This document shows positions 24,879 to 37,007 of a stretch of 64,000 nt of DNA, piece after piece (within the stretch, counting starts at the first letter, position 1; each line of letters opens with the position of its first letter). Made by a program: the position numbers and the translations under genes. The DNA is from Macrostomum lignano (taxonomy: Eukaryota): contig NIVC01001724.1 of assembly GCA_002269645.1 (NCBI GenBank), forward strand, positions 1 through 64,000, in the 5' to 3' direction. The notes below the pieces were generated by a model. That model was given only the letters and a program-made list of their open reading frames with translations, did not search any database and was not told where the DNA came from.

Positions 24879-27800
24879 TCAGCCAGAATGCGACAGAATC
24901 ATCCAGCTGATCACAAAATAGAACAGGCACACCGGGTACACGGCCAGAGCTTTCCTATTGGGCGGTTGGCTGGATGCCAGAAACGCTGTAGAGGCAAACA
25001 CGGACCAGGATAGGCCTAGCAGGACCAGACAGCAGCGGACAATGAACAGCACCAGACTGCGGCTTGCCAGCAGAATTATTCGGCAACCAATTAGCGATAG
25101 AAGCAGAGGCAGTACGCAGTAGCCAAGTACGCAGATAGCCTGCGGTTTAGAGATGCAGTTGCGTGTGAGACACTGACACTATTAGTGGTATCCTTCCCTG
25201 ACACTATTAGTGGTATCCTTCCCTGACACTATTAGTAGTATCCTTCCCTGACACTATTACTGGTATCCTTCCCTGACACTATTAGTGGTATCCTTCCCTG
25301 ACACTATTAGTGGTATCCTTCCCTGACACTATTAGTGGTATCCTTCCCTGACACTATTAGTGGTATCCTTCCCTGACACTATTAGTGGCATCTACCTGAC
25401 ACTGTTAATGGAATCTACCTGACACTATTAGTGGTATCCTTCCCTGACACTATTAGTGGTATCCTTCCCTGACACTATTAGTGGCATCTACCTGACACTG
25501 TTAATGGAATCTACCTGACACTATTAGTGGTATCCTTCCCTGACACTATTAGTGGCATCTACCTGACACTGTTAATGGAATCTACCTGACACTATTAGTG
25601 GTATCCTTCCCTGACACTATTAGTGGTATCCTTCCCTGACACTATTAGTGGTATCCTTCCCTGACACTATTAGTGGTATCCTTCCCTGACACTATTAGTG
25701 GTATCCTTCCCTGACACTATTAGTGGTATCCTTCCCTGACACTATTAGTGGTATCCTTCCCTGACACTATTAGTGGTATCCTTCCCTGACACTATTAGTG
25801 GTATCCTTCCCTGACACTATTAGTGGCATCTACCTGACACTGTTAATGGAATCTACCTGACACTATTAGTGGTATCCTTCCCTGACACTATTAGTGGCAT
25901 CTACCTGACACTGTTAATGGAATCTACCTGACACTATTAGTGGTATCCTTCCCTGACACTATTAGTGGTATCCTTCCCTGACACTATTAGTGGCATCTAC
26001 CTGACACTGTTAATGGAATCTACCTGACACTATTAGTGGTATCCTTCCCTGACACTATTAGTGGCATCTACCTGACACTGTTAATGGAATCTACCTGACA
26101 CTATTAGTGGTATCCTTCCCTGACACTATTAGTGGTATCCTTCCCTGACACTATTAGTGGTATCCTTCCCTGACACTATTAGTGGTATCCTTCCCTGACA
26201 CTATTAGTGGTTTCCTTCCCTGACACTATTAGTGGTTTCCTTCCCTGACACTATTAGTGGTTTCCTTCCCTGACACTATTAGTGGTTTCTTTCCCTGACA
26301 CTATTAGTGGCATCTACCTGACACTGTTAATGGAATCTACCTGACACTATTAATGACATCTACCTGACACTATTAATGGCATCTACCTGACACTATTAAT
26401 GGAATCTACCTGACACTATTAGTGGCATCTACCTGACACTATTAATGGAATCTAACTGACACTATTAGTGGCATCTACCTGACACTATTAATGGAATCTA
26501 ACTGACACTGTTAGTGGCATCTACCTGACACTATTAGTGGTATCCTTCCCTGACACTATTAGTGGTATCCTTCCCTGACACTATTAGTGGCATCTACCTG
26601 ACACTGTTAATGGAATCTACCTGACACTATTAGTGGTATCCTTCCCTGACACTATTAGTGGCATCTACCTGACACTGTTAATGGAATCTACCTGACACTA
26701 TTAGTGGTATCCTTCCCTGACACTATTAGTGGTATCCTTCCCTGACACTATTAGTGGTATCCTTCCCTGACACTATTAGTGGTATCCTTCCCTGACACTA
26801 TTAGTGGTATCCTTCCCTGACACTATTAGTGGTATCCTTCCCTGACACTATTAGTGGTATCCTTCCCTGACACTATTAGTGGTATCCTTCCCTGACACTA
26901 TTAGTGGTATCCTTCCCTGACACTATTAGTGGCATCTACCTGACACTGTTAATGGAATCTACCTGACACTATTAGTGGTATCCTTCCCTGACACTATTAG
27001 TGGCATCTACCTGACACTGTTAATGGAATCTACCTGACACTATTAGTGGTATCCTTCCCTGACACTATTAGTGGTATCCTTCCCTGACACTATTAGTGGC
27101 ATCTACCTGACACTGTTAATGGAATCTACCTGACACTATTAGTGGTATCCTTCCCTGACACTATTAGTGGCATCTACCTGACACTGTTAATGGAATCTAC
27201 CTGACACTATTAGTGGTATCCTTCCCTGACACTATTAGTGGTATCCTTCCCTGACACTATTAGTGGTATCCTTCCCTGACACTATTAGTGGTATCCTTCC
27301 CTGACACTATTAGTGGTTTCCTTCCCTGACACTATTAGTGGTTTCCTTCCCTGACACTATTAGTGGTTTCCTTCCCTGACACTATTAGTGGTTTCCTTCC
27401 CTGACACTATTAGTGGTTTCTTTCCCTGACACTATTAGTGGCATCTACCTGACACTGTTAATGGAATCTACCTGACACTATTAATGACATCTACCTGACA
27501 CTATTAATGGCATCTACCTGACACTATTAATGGAATCTACCTGACACTATTAGTGGCATCTACCTGACACTATTAATGGAATCTAACTGACACTATTAGT
27601 GGCATCTACCTGACACTATTAATGGAATCTAACTGACACTGTTAGTGGCATCTACCTGACACTATTAGTGGTTTCCTTCCCTGACACTATTAGTGGTTTC
27701 CTTCCCTGACACTATTAGTGGTTTCTTTCCCTGACACTATTAATGGCATCTACCTGACACTGTTAATGGAATCTACCTGACACTATTAATGACATCTACC

Positions 27801-30800
27801 TGACACTATTAATGGCATCTACCTGACACTATTAATGGAATCTACCTGACACTATTAGTGGCATCTACCTGACACTGTTAATGGAATCTACCTGACACTA
27901 TTAGTGGCATCTACCTGACACTATTAATGGAATCTAACTGACACTATTAGTGGCATCTACCTGACACTGTTAATGGAATCTACCTGACACTATTAGTGAC
28001 ATCTACCTGACACTATTAATGGAATCTACCTGACACTATTAATGGAATCTACCTGACACTGTTAATGGCATCTACCTGACACTATTACTGGCATCTACCT
28101 GACACTATTAATGGCATATAACTGACACTATTAATGGTATCTACCTGACACTATTAATGGCATCTACCTGACACTGTTAATGGAATCTATCTGACACTAT
28201 TAGTGGTATCCTTCCCTGACACTATTAGTGGCATCTACCTGACACTGTTAATGGAATCTACCTGACACTATTAGTGGTATCCTTCCCTGACACTATTAGT
28301 GGTATCCTTCCCTGACACTATTAGTGGTTTCCTTCCCTGACACTATTAGTGGTTTCCTTCCCTGACACTATTAGTGGTTTCTTTCCCTGACACTATTAGT
28401 GGCATCTACCTGACACTGTTAATGACATCTACCTGACACTATTAATGGCATCTACCTGACACTATTAATGGAATCTACCTGACACTATTAGTGGTATCCT
28501 TCCCTGACACTATTAGTGGTATCCTTCCCTGACACTATTAGTGGTATCCTTCCCTGACACTATTAGTGGTTTCCTTCCCTGACACTATTAGTGGTTTCCT
28601 TCCCTGACACTATTAGTGGTTTCCTTCCCTGACACTATTAGTGGTTTCCTTCCCTGACACTATTAGTGGTATCCTTCCCTGACACTATTAGTGGTTTCCT
28701 TCCCTGACACTATTAGTGGCATCTACCTGACACTATTAATGACATCTACCTGACACTATTAATGGCATCTACCTGACACTATTAATGGAATCTACCTGAC
28801 ACTATTAGTGGCATCTACCTGACACTATTAATGGAATCTAACTGACACTATTAGTGGCATCTACCTGACACTATTAATGGCATCTACCTGACACTATTAG
28901 TGGCATCTACCTGACACTATTAGTGGCATCTACCTGACACTATTAATGGAATCTACCTGACACTATTAGTGGCATCTACCTGACACTATTAGTGGCATCT
29001 ACCTGACACTATTAATGGCATCTACCTGACACTATTAGTGGCATCTACCTGACACTATTAGTGGCATCTACCTGACACTATTAATGGCATCTACCTGACA
29101 CTATTAGTGGCATCTACCTGACACTATTAGTGGCATCTACCTGACACTATTAATGACATCTACCTGACACTGTTAATGGAATCTACCTGACACTATTAAT
29201 GACATCTACCTGACACTATTAATGGCATCTACCTGACACTATTAATGGAATCTACCTGACACTATTAGTGGCATCTACCTGACACTATTAATGGAATCTA
29301 ACTGACACTGTTAATGGAATCTACCTGACACTATTAATGGCATCTACCTGACACTATTAATGGAATCTACCTGACACTGTTAATGGAATCTACCTGACAC
29401 TGTTAATGGAATCTACCTGACACTATTAGTGGCATCTACCTGACACTATTAATGGCATCTACCTGACACTATTAATGGAATCTAACTGACACTATTAGTG
29501 GCATCTACCTGACACTGTTAATGGAATCTACCTGACACTATTAATGACATCTACCTGACACTATTAATGGCATCTACCTGACACTATTAATGGAATCTAC
29601 CTGACACTATTAGTGGCATCTACCTGACACTATTAATGGAATCTACCTGACACTATTAATGACATCTACCTGACACTATTAATGGCATCTACCTGACACT
29701 ATTAATGGAATCTACCTGACACTATTAGTGGCATCTACCTGACACTATTAATGGAATCTACCTGACACTATTAATGACATCTACCTGACACTATTAATGG
29801 CATCTACCTGACACTATTAATGGAATCTACCTGACACTGTTAATGGAATCTACCTGACACTATTAGTGGCATCTACCTGACACTATTAATGGAATCTAAC
29901 TGACACTATTAGTGGCATCTACCTGACACTATTAATGGAATCTAACTGACACTATTAATGGCATCTACCTGACACTATTAATGGAATCTACCTGACACTA
30001 TTAATGGCATCTACCTGACACTATTAGTGGCATCTACCTGACACTATTAATGGTATCTACCTGACACTATTAATGACATCTACCTGACACTACCAACAAT
30101 ACCTACAAGCATATAAAAAGAGTACCAGAGCAAGCTCACCTGAAAGAAAGAAATATCACCGCCAAGAAGCTTGGCATTAAGCGTGACAGCGCAGGCTCCA
30201 ACCCAGAACACGATGAACACCTGAGCAAACTGCGGACCTCCGTCGTTTGATCCGGCACTGGAGTGGCCTTGCAACAGGCTGCAAGTGTGTTTGGCGAACC
30301 ACAGTTACTAAAGTACTATGATAGTGAAATTTTGTTTGCAGAGGAAAAAACAATAGGATTAAAACTTACGTTGCCAAAAAGGTGCAAAGGATCAACGGGC
30401 CCCAGAGGTCCCCTGGAAATAAAATGGAACATTGATTAATGCAAAATTTTGCATTTTCATTATCATAGATGCAAATTTCTCGTGTCTCACATCTCGCATT
30501 TCATCTCCCGGACGTTACATTAACCCTCAACTGTAGTCTCACATGTTTACCTGGCACCTCAACTAACACCTCCCGTATCTACCTGACACCTGAACTGACA
30601 TCTCCCGTATCTACCTGACACCTGAACTGACATCTCCCGTACCTACCTGACACCTCAACTAACACCTCCCGTATCTACCTGACACCTGAACTGACATCTC
30701 CCGTATCTACCTGACACCTCAACTAACACCTCCCGTATCTACCTGACACCTGAACTGACATCTCCCGTATCTACCTGACACCTCAACTGACATCTCCCGT

Positions 30801-33800
30801 ATCTACCTGGCACCTCAACTAACACCTCCCGTATCTACCTGACACCTGAACTTACATCTCCCGTATCTACCTGACACCTGAACTGACACCTCCCGTATCT
30901 ACCTGACACCTGAACTGACATCTCCCGTATCTACCTGGCACCTGAACTGACATCTCCGGTATCTACCTGACACCTGAACTGACATCTCCCGTATCTACTT
31001 GACACCTGAACTGACATCTCCCGTATCTACCTGACACCTGAACTGACATCTCCCGTGTCTACCTGACACCTGAACTGACATCTCCCGAGTCTACCTGATA
31101 CCTCAACTACAGTCTCACATGTTTACCTGACACCTCGGCTGACATCTACCGTGTCTACCAGACACATGAACTGACATCTCCCGTATCTACCTGACACATA
31201 AACTGACATCTCCCGAGTCTACCTGATACCTCAACTACAGTCTCACATGTTTACCTGACACCTGAACTGACATCTCCCGTATCTACCTGACACCTGAACT
31301 GACATCTCCCGTGTCTACCAGACACCTGAACTGACATCTCCCGAGTCTACCTGATACCTCAACTACAGTCTCACATGTTTACCTGACACCTCGGCTGACA
31401 TCTACCGTGTCTACCAGACACATGAACTGACATCTCCCGTATCTACCTGACACATAAACTGACATCTCCCGAGTCTACCTGATACCTCAACTACAGTCTC
31501 ACATGTTTACCTGACACCTGAACTGACATCTCCCGTATCTACCTGACACCTGAACTGACATCTCCCGTGTCTACCAGACACCTGAACTGACATCTCCCGA
31601 GTCTACCTGATACCTCAACTACAGTCTCACATGTTTACCTGACACCTCGGCTGACATCTACCGTGTCTACCAGACACATGAACTGACATCTCCCGTATCT
31701 ACCTGACACATAAACTGACATCTCCCGAGTCTACCTGATACCTCAACTACAGTCTCACATGTTTACCTGACACCTGAACTGACATCTCCCGTATCTACCT
31801 GACACCTCAACTGACATCTCCCGCGTCTGACACCTCAAATGCAGTCTCACATTTTTACCTGACACCTGAACTGACATCTCCCGTGTCTACCTCACTCCTC
31901 AACTAAGATCTCCCGAGTCTACCTGGCACCTGAACTGATATCTCCCGTGTCTACCAGACACATGAACTGACATCTCCCGAGTCTACCTGGCACCTGAACT
32001 GATATCTCCCGTGTCTACCAGACACATGAACTGACATCTCCCGTGTCTACCTGACACCTCAACTGACATCTCCTGTGTCTCTTAAGTACTTAGCGTTCTA
32101 CATGAGATATTTACACTAGCCTCTAATTAATATTGTCACTATAAACCACAGCCTACAGCAACAAAAAGAATAAGAATCGAAAAAAAGCTCACAATCTCTC
32201 AGCAGAGATTTGCTCGATCTTGGAATGAACACATGATAGAACTTAACACCAACTGCTTTCACATCTCTCAGTATAGTATCCTTAACAGGCTCGTCCAGGG
32301 TTGATGGATACAAGTTAGAGCCATTCAGTGGCACATTTGGCACATTGCTGGGCCCAGAGTTGGACATATCACCTTCTAATGGTGCCGCTGATGCCTGTGT
32401 GGTGGCGTGGAGGCAGTGCACAAAGATTTATCTAAAAATATGGCTTCAGATATTGAAAGATATTGATGCAGATACAGTTATGATTTCCCAAATCTAGTTT
32501 GAACTTTTAAAATTAGCATGGTCTATTCAAAAAGATGACCCTATAGAAATTTTATGACAGTATTTGTCTGCTGGATCGACTCACATTAAAATTTACAATC
32601 CTTTATTTACACACAGGTTTTTATGATTGCTGGTCTATAATCTAAGTATAAAATATAATTTCAGTAGTACATGGGAGAAACTATTAATCTTTATAGATAA
32701 TCTATCCACCTGACCAAAAATATTTGTCCTTTCAAAAACAATAAGTGTGCCAGTTGTGCCACAAGTATGCCCTTTGACAGAGTTATAACTATCTTTGTAT
32801 GTGATATTTGGCACACTTTGCACAATTGTACCAGTTGTGCCATAGCTATGCCATTTGGCACAGTTGTAAATGTCTTTGTCTGTCCTTTTTGGTATACTTG
32901 GCACAAATAATTTTATTATTGCTAATTACACAACGAAACCAACTGGCACACTTGGCATACTTGCTAAAATTGTACTAGTGGTGCCACAGCTATGCCGTTT
33001 GGCACAGTTATAAGTCTTTGTATATCTTTATTGTCAAAGTTAATAGCAGGGGATTCTCACATAGGAGTGAGATATTATACATGAAAAAATGAATCTATTA
33101 GAACATCATAACTCTTTAAAGTAATCGTAAGACTATATTACTAGTTCTTTTTTATTGACAAAATGTCTTTTGTAAAAGATTTCTCAGATCTAGGAAATGT
33201 ATTGTGAAAATGGTATGTCTTTTGTAAAAGATTTCTCAGATCCAGGAAATGTATTGTGAAGATAGTATGTCTTTTGTAAAAGATTTCTCAGATCCAGGAA
33301 ATGTGTTGTGAAAATTGTATGTCATATATTATGTTACAGGTAGGTGTTTGTCATATTGTATGTATATTTCTAAGAAGTATGGCCCCTTTTAAAATGTTTG
33401 TTTTGCATATAATATATGTAATATAAAATAGTATAAGGTTTAGGTTTAGTTGATGATAGCTGAATATCTGAATGTATGTATAGAGAGCTTGTTCCTGTGT
33501 AAATGCAATATATGTTCATATCTAATACAAAATAGGTTTATGCTTATCATCTCTATGTTCAGTTGATAAATTTTAATGACAAATGGATAAATATTATTTT
33601 ATTATAAATATACAATTGTATACAATAGTTTATTTTTGAAAATTTTAAGTCTTATTGAGTTGTTTATTAATTTGCATTTTGTTGAATAGCTAATTATGAT
33701 ATTATATTAGAATGTTAGCATATTCAGACATATTAGGCCTAAGACTCCTAAGTTACAAAGTATAAATGGCAGAATGCTAATCTTTCTAATATATCAATAT

Positions 33801-33944
33801 ATACTAATAGTATATGAGGGCATCTTCATATTATTAGGGCATCTTTTGTCCTCATTTTAAATTCATTATTAATAGAAAATGTACAAAACTTACACTTGGT
33901 GAGTCATGAAACTCCATGACAAATTGTTTATTGTCTGTAGCCAT
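24879..33944 (-). CDS. YIPF6: Protein YIPF6; exons 33944-33894, 32394-32193, 30412-30370, 30278-30140, 25139-24879 (231 aa)
   Basis: STLDEPVKDTILRDVKAVG.KF, LLRDWDLWGPLILC, DGGPQFAQVF, LNAKLLGGDISFFQ, CVLGYCVLPL and SQPPNRKALAVYPV.LFYFVISWMI. All junctions are GT-AG with consistent phases (0,1,2,0). Confidence 0.93.
25170..30090. repeat. ~4.9-kb 23/25-bp minisatellite with higher-order blocks, YIPF6 intron 4 (intron 25140-30139)
   Basis: Units CTGACACTATTAGTGGTATCCTTCC, CTGACACTATTAGTGGCATCTAC and CTGACACTRTTAATGGAATCTAC. Confidence 0.97.
30520..32080. repeat. 32-bp minisatellite (CTGACATCTCCCGTATCTACCTGACACCTGAA), YIPF6 intron 2
   Basis: Directly visible, with higher-order repetition at ~31080-31800. 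Confidence 0.95.
33165..33325. repeat. ~52-bp triplicated unit, YIPF6 intron 1
   Basis: TGTCTTTTGTAAAAGATTTCTCAGATCCAGGAAATG three times. Confidence 0.85.
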
Positions 33945-34829
33945 CTTTACCTTTTTGACAGACAAGATAGGCCTACCTTTAAATGTTAGACCTACTAGTA
34001 AATGTCAAATATGTGTGCACTACTACTATGTCTTCTTTTCTTATGCCTTAAGCTTAACACTTATCTTCAGGGCAATGCTATTATTTAGCGAGTAGGTACT
34101 AGACAAAATTTTAACTGTATATAATATGAATGCGACAATAATCAGCTGGCTGCTAGCTGTTACGATTTACAAACACCAAGTAAGGCCCTACCAACAATAT
34201 ATACTTGCCTAGTTCTTCACAATCTCAAATATCATCTACTATGTCTTCTGAATTAAAATATACCAGAAGTCCAGAATAGAATTCTACCTGACAATTATGA
34301 TGAGCAGCGGCGGCGGGGGCCGATTCAACGAACTCGTAATATAAAGTTTGAATTTGAACCAGATTTTTTAGAAAAATATAGTATTTTAAACAAATAGCTA
34401 CTAGCGAACTTTTTAAAATGAACAAATATGTTTTGTTGAATTTTTGATGTACAATTTTTCTCTTTACTTTGCATACTTTTTCTACGTGGTTTTAACATTT
34501 GGGTTTCAACGGCGCGACATTATATGATTCGATTATTCAATTATGCCAATGGCATAATAAATGGAATAATACTCCTTTAGAAAAAGTCAGAACTTGTTAA
34601 TGTCTAAAATACAACGCTCTATAAAAACAGCAGAGCAATGAGATAGTTAGAGCAATATGTGCAACCCTAAAAATATGCCCCTAAAAAGTGTCAGGAATTA
34701 GTGTCAGCGCATCACCGAGCAATTAGCAAGAGGACGAAGATCAATCCCAGTAGCAGTGCCCAGTGCCTCGGCGTCACAAAGCAGACCAGTCCAACGTGTC
34801 CGCTCCCCCCTTCCGTCTGAGCGGATCTA

Positions 34830-36105
34830 CCGTCTGAGGGTTGTCTGGCGAAATATAGGACTAATGTGCTCATAATTGCTCATTTCTATTCATGTATATC
34901 ATGACAATTCATACTGTACTAGAAAGTGCAACTAATTAGTCTATGACTAAAGCCTCTGCTTAAAAACTAAAGGTCATATTCTACCCCTAATGAAACTTCT
35001 TGATCTGAGAAAATGGTTCAACAGCGAGATGTCGCGTTATCGTCATCTTTATCTTAAAAACTAAGTCGTTATCGATTGCTACAAAGCTGGAAAGTCTGCG
35101 ATAGAGTGTCTTCGCCACCTGCAGGCAATCTACCAGGATGATGCCTTGTCTAGAAGCTAGGTCTATTACATCTATGACCAACTGCGCTCTGGCCACGACG
35201 GTTCGGTTCTGATGGACGTGGAAAGAACAAGGACCCGACTGTCAGGACCCCAGCAAAAATTGAGATTGTTGCTCGTCTGATTGAGGACAGGCGCCTCACT
35301 GTTAGGGAGCTCTCAGATAAATCTGGGATTCCCAAGACAACTATTCATGAGATTCTTGTCCATGACCTGCAGTCAAGCATGTGTCTGCCAGGTGGGTGCC
35401 TTACCTGCTCACGGAAGAAAACCGCAGGGAGTGCACACACTGTGCTCAGGACTTCTTTTGCATGAGCCGGGCTTTCAGCAGCAAATAATAACTGCTGATG
35501 AAACATGGCTTTACTACGTGACTCCGGAAACCAAGAACCAATCTAAGCAGTGGGTGCCAATGGTTGCCAATGCCCCGACAAAGGCCCGGGTGTCCCGCAG
35601 TGCCGTGACTCGCAGGGCCTTGCCTACACGTAGAGCAGGGCCAGACAGTCAACGCATACTTGACACTCTGAGGGACCACATTCGACGCAAGCGGCCAGAA
35701 TGGATGGCAAGAACCAGGTTCACTGTTCTGCATGACAATGCCCGTCCACACACGTGTCAGCCCACACCAGGGAGTTTCTTACCAGGAGAGGCATTCCGGT
35801 GGTGCCGCATCCAACCTACTCACCTGATTTGGCCCCTGGCTGCGGACTTCTGGCTATTTCCGCATGTCAAAAACTGCATTGCCGGTTGCCGGTTCGACAC
35901 CTTGCTGGAGCTTTTGACACCAACCCCATGGCTGCTTCCCAGTGCACTGAGGCCTTCAACAAGTGGCTGTTAGGGATGGCAGCGGTGCATTGAGAAGGAT
36001 GGAGATTATGTTGAAAAATGACAGTTATTGTTTCGTTTCAATTGTTTGTTTAAAATCGTATATGGCACCTGCTGTCCTATATTTCGCCGGACAACCCTCT
36101 CCTGG
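34830..36105 (+). mobile_element. Decayed mariner element (~1.28 kb) with TIRs and TA flanks
   Basis: TIR core GAGGGTTGTCYGGCGAAATATAGGAC at 34836-34861 and inverted at 36074-36099; TA at 34828 and 36106. Transposase motifs lie across frames: GKSAIE…DDALSR, RRLTVREL, ARWVP, ITADETW, LHDNARPHT, HPTYSPDLAP, WQRCIEKDGDYVEK. Contains stops, frameshifts and an internal deletion. Confidence 0.92.
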
Positions 36106-37007
36106 TATTACAACATGATCGAGAGTAAGCAGGAAGTCCTGTACGACTTTGGGCCAGGGGCAGAAGCGATCTCGGCCCGAATACGCGGTCCCCAATTCCA
36201 TCGCCGGCGCAGTCTCTCGATCGATCAGCCGATCCCGACGCTATCCCCGCAAATTTCTACATTAAAGATCTACAATTTCTACACGAACATGTGGAGCATG
36301 TACATCTGCAGCGGGCTGCAGCGCTGCAGCCAGGTATTCCGCGTCCGACCGTCTCGACCTGCCACAGCCGGGCAGCGGTAACGTACATGTACAACGTTAC
36401 ATGTACATACAACATACGCCGTACAGCTAGGCTGCATTGTACATGTACATAAATTAACATGTACATTTTGGGAATGTTTCTGAGGAGGACATGTATATGC
36501 CCCCCGCGCCACCCGAAAAATTACAATATTTTTATATTGTACTTGAAGTAAATGTAGTTTCTACATGCATATTTGACTAATATCGAATATTCGGTTCGAG
36601 TTTAGAATATGTGCAGTATTAACTACCCAATTTCGGTGAAATATACGCTCGCAGAATAGAAACTTAGGTATCGTGAACATATCTTCCTAACTTCTAATGC
36701 ATTACTAAAAGTAGCAAATTTAGCAAATAATTACAATCAGATGAAGTCGCAACTCGTACTTACGCACTTTTTTTAATACAAAAAGGCATTGGCTGACCAA
36801 TTGCTATTTGGCAAGCATAGTACGCAGATTGGGTATCAAAGTATGAAAATGTTGTATCTAAATAAAATTCAGACAAGAACTGTACGATTGTGCCGCAGTC
36901 TTCCGTAGTGTCCACACAGTTTTGCTGCTGGGCAAGTCTCTCTGCGAGTGCGTTTTGATCTTCGCTGTGCTATAGAAGAGTGAAGAAGGTCTGCTGCTGC
37001 ACCGAAT

